A DNA stretch of 63,540 bases, the filler included, from Pelomyxa schiedti (Eukaryota > Protista > Evosea): the NCBI GenBank assembly GCA_020536535.1. It is 8 parts of 8 records of this genome, joined end to end, with 100 filler letters (N's around TTAATTAATTAA, not from the genome) between each part and the next. Parts side by side here need not be neighbours in the genome. Positions count along the whole stretch, not along the records: positions 49,797 to 55,498 come from JAHLWZ010000368.1; positions 55,599 to 59,207 come from JAHLWZ010001722.1; positions 59,308 to 61,393 come from JAHLWZ010002145.1; positions 61,494 to 63,540 come from JAHLWZ010002161.1; 4 more parts are not named here. The stretch is one strand, 5' to 3'. Positions 51,008-61,922 of the stretch are shown one piece after another. The translations under genes were made by a program, and so were the position numbers. The notes beneath the pieces are model-generated. The model did not search any database. It was not told where the DNA came from and saw only the letters and a list, made by a program, of their open reading frames with translations. Numbering within the stretch: the stretch's first letter is position 1; every line of letters starts with the position of its first letter.

Positions 51008-51692
51008 GGAGTGTCAAGATCCCTCCAGACATGCATCGGAGGCGGACGAGCTAGACCAACACCTCTCCGCACTTTCACGAATGGGGCTGGAACCCCGATT
51101 TACCTGCCACCGCAGATGCACACTCGTCGCTATGGAATTCAAGGTAATTAAATGGCGGAGAACTCAAAGTTGCGGAACTGATACAATACATTCCACCTCC
51201 CCCACAATAATTTAAAAGGAGACATGTGGGAGTTTGCAGTTTTATTGAGTGAACTTCTCCAAGGCACCATCCCGGAGGTTACGATACCCATGTCCATTTA
51301 CAAAATCAGTGAGTTTATGAGGCTCCAGAGAACTTCGCTGTCACAGCCTGAAATTGCCGGTTTGTTATTGCTCAGAACAAACTGCTCCCTTACGCAAAAG
51401 CACAGAAGTGGACCGGCTTTGCGCCGACGCTGGAGACATTCCCATTGCGGAGTGCCTCAGCCGCAGGATAGCAATCATTTCCGCGTTACACTCCGAGCCC
51501 AAGATGAACAACGCGCACCGTGCGTGCGTTGGTCTGTTCTCTGTCATTGTCGAGTCCTGCCTCTCGATCCTCGGTTTGTTTTTTATTCCCTCCAGCTTGT
51601 CTGTACCAGGCGCAACCTCACGTCTCCCAATCACCCTTCCTGCTGTTGTTTCATTGAAAAAGCAAGTTGTGTGTAATCATCGTCACAAATGA
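51008..51692 (+). pseudogene. Protein kinase C-lobe fragment (likely the remainder of an ankyrin-kinase gene)
   Basis: GVSRS...GAGTPIYLPPQ, GDMWEFAVLLSELL, IVESCL. No N-lobe or HRD found upstream. Confidence 0.55.
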
Positions 51693-53336
51693 TTAGCAAC
51701 AACAACCAAAAAATTGAATGTCTGTTAGACAACCCAAGAGAGACAATTGTGGATTCGAGGCTGTCCTCTGTTGCTGGTGATGCAGAGTTCCAGAAGTTCC
51801 TGGCCAGAAAAAAAATCAGTGCATGAACGGCTGCTGGGCCAGCGTGGTAAATGATCCCTGCAACTCCAATGCAATACAAGAACTGTGTTTCCTCAAGTAT
51901 CCTCAATGCACGTGAGGGGCTGTTGCAGTCCCAAACTTCAAGTTTGCCGAGGTATGACACACAAAACAGCCTGTCATTCAAACGAGAGAGCACACAAAGG
52001 TTGGCCACGTAGTGATGAAAGTGAACTTCTTGTGGATGATCAGATGCACCAGCAGCCTCCAAAAACTGGTAAACAGTGTAACACTGGCGGCTTTTTCGGA
52101 GACCATCAGCCAGCAGAATGAAGGCACGTCTGTTTGATTCAGCAGTATGAAGAACCAGCAGCGAGTCGATGACTGTTACCTTCTGGAACTTTGTGGAACT
52201 GACAGAAATGAAGCTTAGTGTTGACCAAGACCGGGCGATGTCGACCACCTCCAGTTCAATGCCGTCACCAGCTGGAGATTTAAAAGCCAAGACTGCTTCG
52301 TCAAAGAAACTCTGCCAGTTCATGAAAATAGAAGGCTTGTGCTGGTTGTTGGGGTTCTTGTACGGTATTGCCCTTCCTCCTTCAGGCTGCTGCTCTGGCA
52401 GAGAGGATAACGCAGCGAGGTTCAGAATTTTAATTCCAACTAAGAAGCATTCAACTGACCATTTGTGATTCAGATCCCTTGGGCTTCCAAAATTGAGTTC
52501 AAACAACTTCTTTCCATTGTCACCACCACTTTCCTTGATGCTGCTCTCTATTTTCCTGCAGTATAGATACTCCGTCATAGACATAAGAGCGGACCGTGTC
52601 TCGAAGAAGTGTGTATCATTGGCAGCAAACACATCGTACTGTTCGAGTCTTCCACCAGGGACCCTCCTTGTTGTTCCACTGCTTTGGATTGGTGCATGAC
52701 CAGCCACGACCCCGCCGGTCAGAGTTGACACCCCAAACGTGAACACTACGCCGGACACACACACACTGAAGCGCCTCACAGGCCCGCACCTCACCACTTC
52801 CCACACAAGCCTCGCCGCGTTGAGGATGTCATCTCGTCTGGCAAACAGCCCACCAACACGCGCAACTGACCTGGCACCGCACCTGGGGTGAGCCATCGTG
52901 CACAAAGCAACGAACTGCGAGGGGAGTCCCAGGGTGACGTTCACGTGGTCCACATCAAAAACAGCAGCAGGGGGTGGTGCTGGAGTTGGTGCTGGTGCAA
53001 CTAGTNNNNNNNNNNNNNNNNNNNNNNNNNNNNNNNNNNNNNNNNNNNNNNNNNNNNNNNNNNNNNNNNNNNNNNNNNNNNNNNNNNNNNNNNNNNNNNN
53101 NNNNNGGGGTGAGCCATCGTGCACAAAGCAACGAACTGCGAGGGGAGTCCCAGGGTGACGTTCACGTGGTCCACATCAAAAACAGCAGCAGGGGGTGGTG
53201 CTGGAGTTGGTGCTGGTGCAACTAGTCTGTTGTTGTTTGCTACACCGCCACCACAACGTCGTCTCTTTCTGTTGGGAGCCTGGGGTACTGTCGCCGCACC
53301 GTTGTCACCTCTGTGTTGTTGTTGTTTGTGTTCCAT
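51631..53336 (-). CDS. Lineage-specific hypothetical family member with HPRCG motif (gap plus duplicated 121 bp)
   Basis: QFVALCTMAHPRCGARS; VFTFGVSTLTGGV; VVDIARSWST; LEVWDCN. Paralogous to 53549-54829. Confidence 0.75.
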
Positions 53337-53548
53337 GACCGAGGTGTTGTGTGAGTGTCAGTGAAATTAAATAAAATGGGACTTGATCTGCTTTTTGTGT
53401 GTTTTAATGTTTTGACATGCGCGCCGGTGCATTGTGTTTGTTGTATCATGATTTCTGCTAAAGGACTGTTTCTTTGAGAGAAAACAAAAAACAAAAAACA
53501 AAAAAAAAAAAAAAAAAAAAACAGAGAGATTTTGATTCTGCGACGTAG

Positions 53549-54829
53549 ATGACGACCACAGCAACACAGCCTCGGCCGTGGTGGCTGGGAGACGTGAGGT
53601 TGCACCAAGGAAACAGGGCACGCGACCAGGCCATGGCGCTGGCTGTGGCTGCGACGTCACAAAGGTGCGGGGCACACTCGCCAGCCTCGATTATGGGCGG
53701 CCACCTCGTGCGACAGCTTTGGTGCGACTGGGTCGTCGGCTGCTCAACGGTGTTCGTAATTTATGCGACGGTGGGCGAATTCTGGGACGAGCAGGTTCTG
53801 TGCGAAGTGAGGGTCGGCGTGTCAGTTCTCCTGCTGGGCGTTACTCAATTGTGGGTGAGGGATACGAGCGAGCCACAGGCTGGCTGGTTTGGCGAGAACA
53901 ACAGTATCCGTTGTTATTCTGAGCAGTTCTTGACGCCAAAGGGGTTCACCCGCATCCCGAGCTCATCCAACGGACTGGCACTTTGGACTGATGAGTGCAC
54001 CGCAGAGAGCCGGGACTGGGAGCTGACTTGGGCAAACAGGAACGAAGATGGTGGCGATGACCATTCCTTGGTTATTCAACAACTTCCAGGACGGAAAAGT
54101 TCTGCCGGAGGAGGAGAGAAACGTGTTTCTGTTGAAGTAGCCCTGTTGCAACAGGATTTTCACAATTACATCGTCGAATCCATCAACCTGAGTGAAGTGA
54201 ATCCATCACAGGCAGTGCTTCTTTTGAACAGCAATGACAGAACACACAGCCAACTGGTCGTTGTTGATGTTCCCAAAAGCCACGCAACTGGGACTCTGCA
54301 AGTTTTGAGCACAACCAGATGCATCCTTCAACCAGATAACAGCAGCGAGGAACTCCAAGAGGAACATGTAATTGTGGTGAAATGCGAAACTGGTCAAAAT
54401 GTCTTCATTGTGGAGAGGTGTGGCTGTCGTAAACCATCAGTGGTGCTTTCTGTGCAATCCACCAGCGGCGTTGTCAAGCAGCTCTATGCCGATGTAGAAG
54501 GCTCTAAGGGGGTGAGAGTGTTGTGGGAAGCTACAGAGAAAGAATTCTCACTCTACAACCGCAGGTGTCAAACAGTGGAGGTGTGGGAGTACCACAATAA
54601 CATGTACGTGGACACAGCAGAAGCGCCACCATCACCCAAGATCACAATTGAGCACGTTGGGATTCCCCACATTGCAGGTGGTGGGTTCATCTTCCATGTC
54701 ACCACCGACACTCAGGCACTCCATGTGGTGGAACCGTTGTCAGGGTTGACTGTTGCCAGTGTTGATTTCCTCTCCCCTGGCAACAAAGTTTCTGGGCTTG
54801 ACCTTGCCTCCCACTGGTTTCGGTTTTGA
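53549..54829 (+). CDS. Lineage-specific hypothetical family member (intronless, beta-rich)
   Basis: ARDQAMALAVAATSQRCGAHSPA; VGVSVLLLGV; VVDVPKSHAT; VEVWEY; HVVEPLSG. Confidence 0.8.
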   Translation: MTTTATQPRPWWLGDVRLHQGNRARDQAMALAVAATSQRCGAHSPASIMGGHLVRQLWCDWVVGCSTVFVIYATVGEFWDEQVLCEVRVGVSVLLLGVTQLWVRDTSEPQAGWFGENNSIRCYSEQFLTPKGFTRIPSSSNGLALWTDECTAESRDWELTWANRNEDGGDDHSLVIQQLPGRKSSAGGGEKRVSVEVALLQQDFHNYIVESINLSEVNPSQAVLLLNSNDRTHSQLVVVDVPKSHATGTLQVLSTTRCILQPDNSSEELQEEHVIVVKCETGQNVFIVERCGCRKPSVVLSVQSTSGVVKQLYADVEGSKGVRVLWEATEKEFSLYNRRCQTVEVWEYHNNMYVDTAEAPPSPKITIEHVGIPHIAGGGFIFHVTTDTQALHVVEPLSGLTVASVDFLSPGNKVSGLDLASHWFRF

Positions 54830-55660
54830 ATTCTCGTTCACAAGAATTAAAGTGTTGTAATTTTTTGACATGCCACATCTGCTAGAAAAACGAGTTTTCT
54901 TCTTGCTTGAAAAAAGAGTTAAGAACCTCCTTACCTCCAACCCTGAATACAAGGCATTATGGCCCTGAAGCAGTAATTCGGGCACCAGCCACACCCTGAT
55001 TCCAAAGTGTGTGCAAGTTCCCCAATTTGGATGGGATCGGGGAGATTTAAGACAATTTGTGTGAACATTGGGGAGCAGTTGCCGAAGAAGAAGAACAAAT
55101 AAAATTTAATGCCGTTTGGTTGCCGGGGGCCGGTGTGGTGCGTGTCACGCGGGTGGGTGACTGGTGCGACAGACCGTCGCATTTTGGTGTCAGGTCAGAA
55201 CGTTCTGTCGTTCGGTATCGGTTTTTTTTTTCCCGATGTTTTCTTTGTTTGTTTATAATTTTATTGTGTTTTGGTCCACCGGTCTTTTGTTGTTTCTCGG
55301 TTTTGCTTTTGTTTTTTTTTCCCGAACTGTTGAGGCAACACTTCAATCAAGTTCTTTTTGTTTTGCTTTGTTTTTCATGTTTGTTTTATTTCGTTTTCGT
55401 TTAGCTTAGTCTTCTTTCTGTTTTTGTTCTTGTTCTCACAACAACACAGGTCATTGAAGATTCCATGACGAGGAGAAGGGGCACAGCGGTATGTTTCCNN
55501 NNNNNNNNNNNNNNNNNNNNNNNNNNNNNNNNNNNNNNNNNNTTAATTAATTAANNNNNNNNNNNNNNNNNNNNNNNNNNNNNNNNNNNNNNNNNNNNTT
55601 TTTTTTGTTGTGTTGACACAGGGTAATGTGTTGTTCCTCTAATTGCTAGATACACTCATG

Positions 55661-58600
55661 TTATATCACAATGTTGGAGTTGCTTGGTGTTGGGGATGAG
55701 GATGAGGATGGGGAGGGTGGTGATATGATATCCTTGATGATAAGGGTGGGTGAGGATACCATCAGAAACACACCAAAGATAATCATCACAATAGAGAATA
55801 TTTTCTTTGGTGTAAGTACTTTGCCCTGCACTAGCTTCAATGCTAAAAGTCCAGGTATTACAAACCCTATTTTCTGAATTAGGACCAGACATTGTATGTT
55901 TCATATTTGGTGTAGTTATGCAATATCTATTTTATTCTACAACACTGCATAGTGACTGTACACACCTAAATTGGATGTGACAACACCGCCAACTAAAGAG
56001 AGAACAACAGAGACATCGGTTACAACAAGTGCAATGACAAGTGTAACAATCACTTGTGCTGCAGTTACAATGTAGAACTTCAGGGCTCGATGTGTAGCTG
56101 CATTGAGTTTAGCATAATTACTCCAAGAGATAGGCTACTCACGGTGGTACAAGAATGTCTTTATCAAAAAAGACCTTGCCACAAACTGCTCTATGGGATA
56201 TGTGAGCAAACTTGAAATGCCATAGAGAATGCGGGCAATGTTAATTAGAGTACAGTCAGCACTGAAGTTGTTGAGGATGTTTCCAGCAGTTGTGTTGAAG
56301 AAGGTAAGATATCCAAATAATGAAATAGTTATTGCCAATGTCTATTGCACTTTAAGTAGAGTAAGGAATATGCACCATACAAAGGCAACTCCAAGAGAGA
56401 TATGAGTAATGACTCCCCAGCGCCACAAAGATGCTGCTCTCAAAGAGGTATATATTTCGAATGTGATATGGTGGCATACAAAAACAAAGGATATGATTCC
56501 AATTCCCTGAAATGCATCATTAACTATCCGTAATACAGAGAGCCCTGTATACCAACGGGAATTGTTTGTGAGCAAACTTAAAATCCTTTTCAACAGAAGG
56601 AGAATCCAGGAGCTGTGATTGAATTCCAACAGAAACAGTAACAAATATAATGGAAAACAACGAGAGATAGCTTGAATATGCGAGCCTGTGCACAACCTTA
56701 ACAATAGGATCAGGTCTGAAACTTACTTATGTACACTCTTCAGCAATGTCAACGGCGAAACAATCAAGAGTACAAACACAGTGATTATAAAGCGTCCTAA
56801 AAAAATTAATTCCCATATTGGAACAGGTCATACTATCAGAGATAACAGGAATGTCACTGGCATACTTTTCTATTATGACCGTAAATGAGTCACCAATAAT
56901 AACCAGGTATGTAACCATGGATCCAAAAGCTTGAGAAAGTTAAAAAAAAGTGGAAGAAGAAAGAAGTGAACCTTGTGCATAGCAAATAATGGAAATGGCA
57001 TAATATCCAAATTTGCCATATGCCTGCCAGAAGATGAGAAAAGAAATGCAATGTGCATACTTTATAGCATAAACCCTGGTAGTCAAAAATGCTTGCCTTT
57101 TCCGCCATATAGATCAGCAAAAGTAAACTTAAGTCTGCCGTCATTGTGGGAAAAAGTGAATATCAAAGAAAGTCATACCTACTATAGCAGCAACTCCAAT
57201 GAAAATCATCACACCAAAGGGAAGACCCATATCAGCTAGGGCACATGGTGTGCCTACAATTCCCAGTGCCATAACAGCATTCGTAATATTGGCAACGGAT
57301 TCAAGTACAGTACCTTTTCCAGGAACATTTTCTGTTACAAACCTGTGCAAAGGTAAATATATGCCCATTAGATGATACTGTTACGCACTCTCTAAAACTC
57401 TTAGGAGGAACGATGGGAACAGGTTCTGGAGGTAAAAGGTCGAGACTGGGCCGGGCTGAATCCAAGCTTTGTCGCTGACCTTCCATACTAGGCCTCATTG
57501 GGAACTCAGACATCTCCACAGACTCGAGCTTGGTGCCTTCTTGAGAATTTCCAGCAAGTTCCATTACTACTTCTGTTGTTGTACCAATGGGCTCAATATC
57601 CACTGGAGCAGAAAATATAACGAGGTTATGTGTAGAGGCTTCTCTCTCCAATTCACCTTCACTCTCACCAGCCAGGCCTTGCTCAATTGCTGCCCGAACT
57701 TCATCATGAATTGGAATAGCAGCAGTAACTTCAGTTGCATGATCCTCATGCATTACCATCGGAAGAGATGCTGTGCTTCTATTTAAAGGGGTGTGGGGAG
57801 GTGGAGGAAGATTAACCATGACCTGCTCTCCATCATCCAATGTCAGAACATGGGGTACTCCAACCGGAGGAGTGTCCGACCTCACTGAAAAAGCAGAAGA
57901 ACTGCGAGATAGGTTCCCAATAATCGGAGATGGAACCGGAGATGGAATCAGGGAAGGAAAGCTCTCAGTGCTGACTCCGAAGCGGTCGTTTCTCCCAACA
58001 ACCCTGCCATATCCCAAAGCCGTAGTAGAAGCAGAAGCAGCAAACGAAAAAGAATGAGCCGACTCGTGCAAATCCTCGTGAATCCCAATAGTTCCCTCCT
58101 CAGCAGGGTCCCAGTGAGGAACAGAAACAGGAGCCTGGTGAGTAGTACCAGTACCAGTAGTATCAACAACACCAAAATGCGGTCTCTCGGCCTCGGAATC
58201 GAACCCGAGGTCCACAGATGGGATCGAAGTGCTAGACATCGACATCGACATGGAGGCAGGAGTAGATCCCCGGACAACGGCGCCGTGGTGCGCGTGTGCC
58301 TGCGGGGGCGCCGGGAGCACCACGGGGAACGACGCCGCGATTATGGGATGGTGCGCCGCCGGGCCCCCACCGGGGTGCTGCGCTTGCGGCTGATCGTGGT
58401 GGCGGCCGATCGGCGGCGAGGCGGGCGGATGCGGCAGCGGTGGCGACAGGGCATTATGGGATGCAGTCGCCGACATCGCCGATGCGGAGGAGGAGGAGGA
58501 CGAGGAGGAGGAAGACGGCGGAGGAGGAGGAGGAGGAACCGAAGATGAGGACGAGTACGACGACGAGGACGACGATGATGGGAGAGGAGGATGAGGAGGA

Positions 58601-58764
58601 GGAGGAGGAGGAGGATGCTCCTTGTGGTGTTCGTAGTGGCTGGGGAGCGGCGGCGAGGACGCTGTGGGTGACGGAATTATGGGATGACGCCGGTGGGCTG
58701 TGCTCCCTGGGCTGGAGGGCAAGGCTTCGTCGGCGACACCATCCGCGTTGTTGTCTACTGACAT
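55661..58764 (-). CDS. AAAP/SLC38A11-like amino acid transporter with long disordered N-terminus
   Basis: NITNAVMALGIVGTP, YLVIIGD, GIISFVFVCHH, GYLTF..TAGNILNNF, LTYPIEQFVAR; multiple GT-AG introns. Confidence 0.9.
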
Positions 58765-58960
58765 CGCAACACCAAACAAATTTTTTTTTTCTGTTTTTAC
58801 GGTGTCGCACGCTTCTGAGAACCATGCAATGAGAAAAGACTCTATCCTCAGAAGATAGATGTGTCAACTAAAAATAGCGCGGCCGTGGTGAGTATCGGGA
58901 AGGTTATTTGTCTCATAAATGTAGCCCTTGGTAATGTTTGTTCACAGAACGTCTATCTTA

Positions 58961-59207
58961 CTACGCATCACCAATGTGAACTGTCAACAAGGTGATGCCA
59001 CTCAATGGCTCCATGATGGCATACTCACTTGAATGTGGCTCTGCTGTGGTTCTGGTTGCAATGAGCCCTTCTCTCCAAATAGACCCCTGTTTTGCCATTG
59101 GCAAGGAGGAGATTGAACAGAGTGGGTTGTTGAGGTCAGTGACAGAGTAAATCCTTTGCACTTTGCAGTCTCTTGTGTACACAACAATATGCTTCACCCC
59201 AAAGCAA
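58961..59207 (-). CDS. C-terminal fragment of the same hypothetical family as 53549-54829
   Basis: EGLI...IMEPLSGITLLTV* resembles GFIF...VVEPLSGLTVASV; cut by a gap. Confidence 0.55.
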
Positions 59208-59307
59208 NNNNNNNNNNNNNNNNNNNNNNNNNNNNNNNNNNNNNNNNNNNNTTAATTAATTAANNNNNNNNNNNNNNNNNNNNNNNNNNNNNNNNNNNNN
59301 NNNNNNN

Positions 59308-61393
59308 AGCTGATGGACAAGTGCCTCAAGGGTTTGATTGGGAAGATCTGTCTGGTATACATTGATGATATCATAATCATGGGGCATTCCTTTGAGGAGC
59401 ACATCCAGAATATTTGGGAGGTTCTCACGAGATTGCGTGGAGCAAACCTCAAGGCCAAGGCCAGCAAGTGCAAGTTTTTCCACCACTCTGTCAGCTACCT
59501 GGGACATACAGTATCAGAGAAGGGCATCCAAATGGACGAAGGAAGGATCAAGGTCTTGACTGACTGGAAGGCACCTACCCAGTGGAAGGGGGATTTGGAG
59601 ACCTTCGTCAACATCGCCAACTACTACAGCAAGTTCATCCCTGATCTGGCATCCTTAGCGGCACCCCTGCGTACTCTAGGACGGAGAGATGCAGTGTGGG
59701 TGTGGAAGCCCTTGCATGAGGGAGCCTTTAGAACGATCAAAGAGCTGATTGCTAAGCAGTTGCTGCTGGAGTATCCAGACTACAATTCTGGCTTCAAGCT
59801 CGTCATCCACACAGATGCGTCGGCTTTGGGTATGGGTGCTGCACTAGTACAAAATGATGCTAGGGGTGTGGAACACATCATCGAGCTGGCCAGCAGGGTC
59901 ACATCCAAAACAGAGAAACTCTACCCAGTCTGGGAGCTGGAGGCCACTGCAATAATCTGGGCATTGAAGAAGTTCCAAGGGTACATTCATGGGGTTGGGT
60001 GCACCGTGCAGACAGACCACAAGGCACTGACCCAGATCCAAAATCTGGACAAGCCAATGGGGAAGATGGCCCGATGGCAGATGTTGTTAGAGGACTATGG
60101 GGCAGTTGTGGAATACCGGGCAGGGAAGGATTCAGGGGATGTGGATAGTCTGTCAAGGTTGCCATGCATCCCGCAGGTGGCAAGGGGGAACGCTGCTGGA
60201 GCAGCGGGAGAAGTATTGGCTGCATGGTCTGGCACGCTGGGGACTGGCTTGGAAGGATGGCAGGCTATGCAGGAGAGGGATGGGGATTGTTGTGCAATCC
60301 AGGCCTGGTTGACCAGGAACGAGTTACTGCCAACGAAACTTAGAGGCTTGCATAGGAACGAGTTTGTGGTCAGGGATGGTGTTCTCTTCCACATAAATGC
60401 TGTCAAGAAGAAGATCAAGCTGCGTCAAGCACTTGTGGTGCCACTTGAGAGGCAGGAGGCAGTGATCAGAGACAACCACGACAGCATATTCGCTGGCCAC
60501 ATGTCAGCTGAATACACCCTTGTGCGCATCCAGGACTTGTACTGGTGGACGGGGATGAGGAGGGACGTGGAGAAATACTGCAAGTCGTGCGAAGAGTGTA
60601 CCTTGGCAAAAGGGGTTGCACACACAGAGAGTAGTGTTGGGCACCCACTACCAGTCCCTACAAGACCAGGAGTGTGCGTCAGCATCGACTACGTCGGCCC
60701 ACTGCCAGTGGTCACGAAGAAGGGCAAGAGATACATCTTAGTTATGATCGATCAATTTTCAGGTGATGTGGAGCTTCAGGCCACCAAGTCGGCCGACGCC
60801 AAGACTGCTGCGAGGATGTTAGCCAGGAGATGGATATGCACCCGTGGGGTACCGACAACACTCATCAGCGACCGCGGCTCCCACTTCGTCAACGAAGTAA
60901 TGGAAGACATCTGCCGATGCTGGAACATCAACCACAAGAAGTCCACGCCCTATCACCCCCAAACAGATGGAAAGACAGAGCGGTTCAACAGAATGATGAA
61001 AGACATGCTCCGGATCTTTGTGGACAAGGAAAGTAAAGACGACTGGGATGAGATCTTGCCCTTCCTAGCCTTTGCATACAGGACCTCAGTCTCCAGGTCA
61101 ACGGGCTTCTCTCCATTCTTCCTGGAACGGGGAAGAGATGCTAGAATGCCCTCACATGAAGGGGTCGATGAGGAGGAGAGGGCCATGCTGGGTGGCTACA
61201 CAGATTGCCAGGTGAAGAGGATCAGAGAGGCTTGGAGGCTCGCAAGGAACACTGCAGAGACTGTAAAGCAAGCACACCCTAAAGTCAAAGTGTTCCCACC
61301 CTCCAGTAAATGGGTCCACTTTGGGAGAAAAGCCCCACAGTGGTTACGCTTTGAGCAATTTGGAGAGCCACAGATCGGGATCACCCTGTTCCA
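59308..61393 (+). mobile_element. Ty3/gypsy LTR retrotransposon pol fragment (RT-RNase H-integrase)
   Basis: YIDD; KC.F..SVSYLGH; TDAS, ELE, TDH; HHCC finger; SIDY/SDRG/ERFN. Uninterrupted ORF between two gaps. Confidence 0.95.
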
Positions 61394-61493
61394 NNNNNNN
61401 NNNNNNNNNNNNNNNNNNNNNNNNNNNNNNNNNNNNNTTAATTAATTAANNNNNNNNNNNNNNNNNNNNNNNNNNNNNNNNNNNNNNNNNNNN

Positions 61494-61764
61494 GCGAAAA
61501 AAGCAAGAGGTTTTGTTGACAACAACATAGCATCATTCTAACTAATATTAAACCAAAGGGGGGAGGGAGGGAACCTAGAGGCAACTGCCTGTTGTTGACA
61601 CCGTTGCCCGTCGTCGTACCAGACGCAGACAATGCGCCCATCTGCATCGGCATCGGCTGCTGCTGGTGTTGCTGTGGTAGTCCCGGCGGCGTCATCGCCA
61701 ACAGCTTGGACAGCGACAGGTTGTCGCCCCCGCCCCCACCACCAGTACCACTACTACTGCTCAT
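61494..61764 (-). CDS. First exon of an unknown gene (truncated by gap)
   Basis: MSSSSGTGGG..QQQP.. followed by a GT donor at about 61554 and AT-rich intron-like sequence. Confidence 0.4.
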
Positions 61765-61922
61765 GATGTGATGTTTGTTGTACCTTATCCCCTCCTCTCT
61801 CCTAGCTGCCGCACTACCACCAACTGCTGTTGTGGGTGTCGAATGGGCGGGTCCTCTTTTTACTCGATCAAAAAAATGAAAACGGGACTTTTCGAGTCGA
61901 TCAGGAGAGATAACGGGCAGTC

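Noticed and set aside
52885-53226. 121-bp tandem duplication
   Set aside because: Identical copies flank a 100-N gap, indicating unmerged contig overlap; collapsing them restores one ORF.
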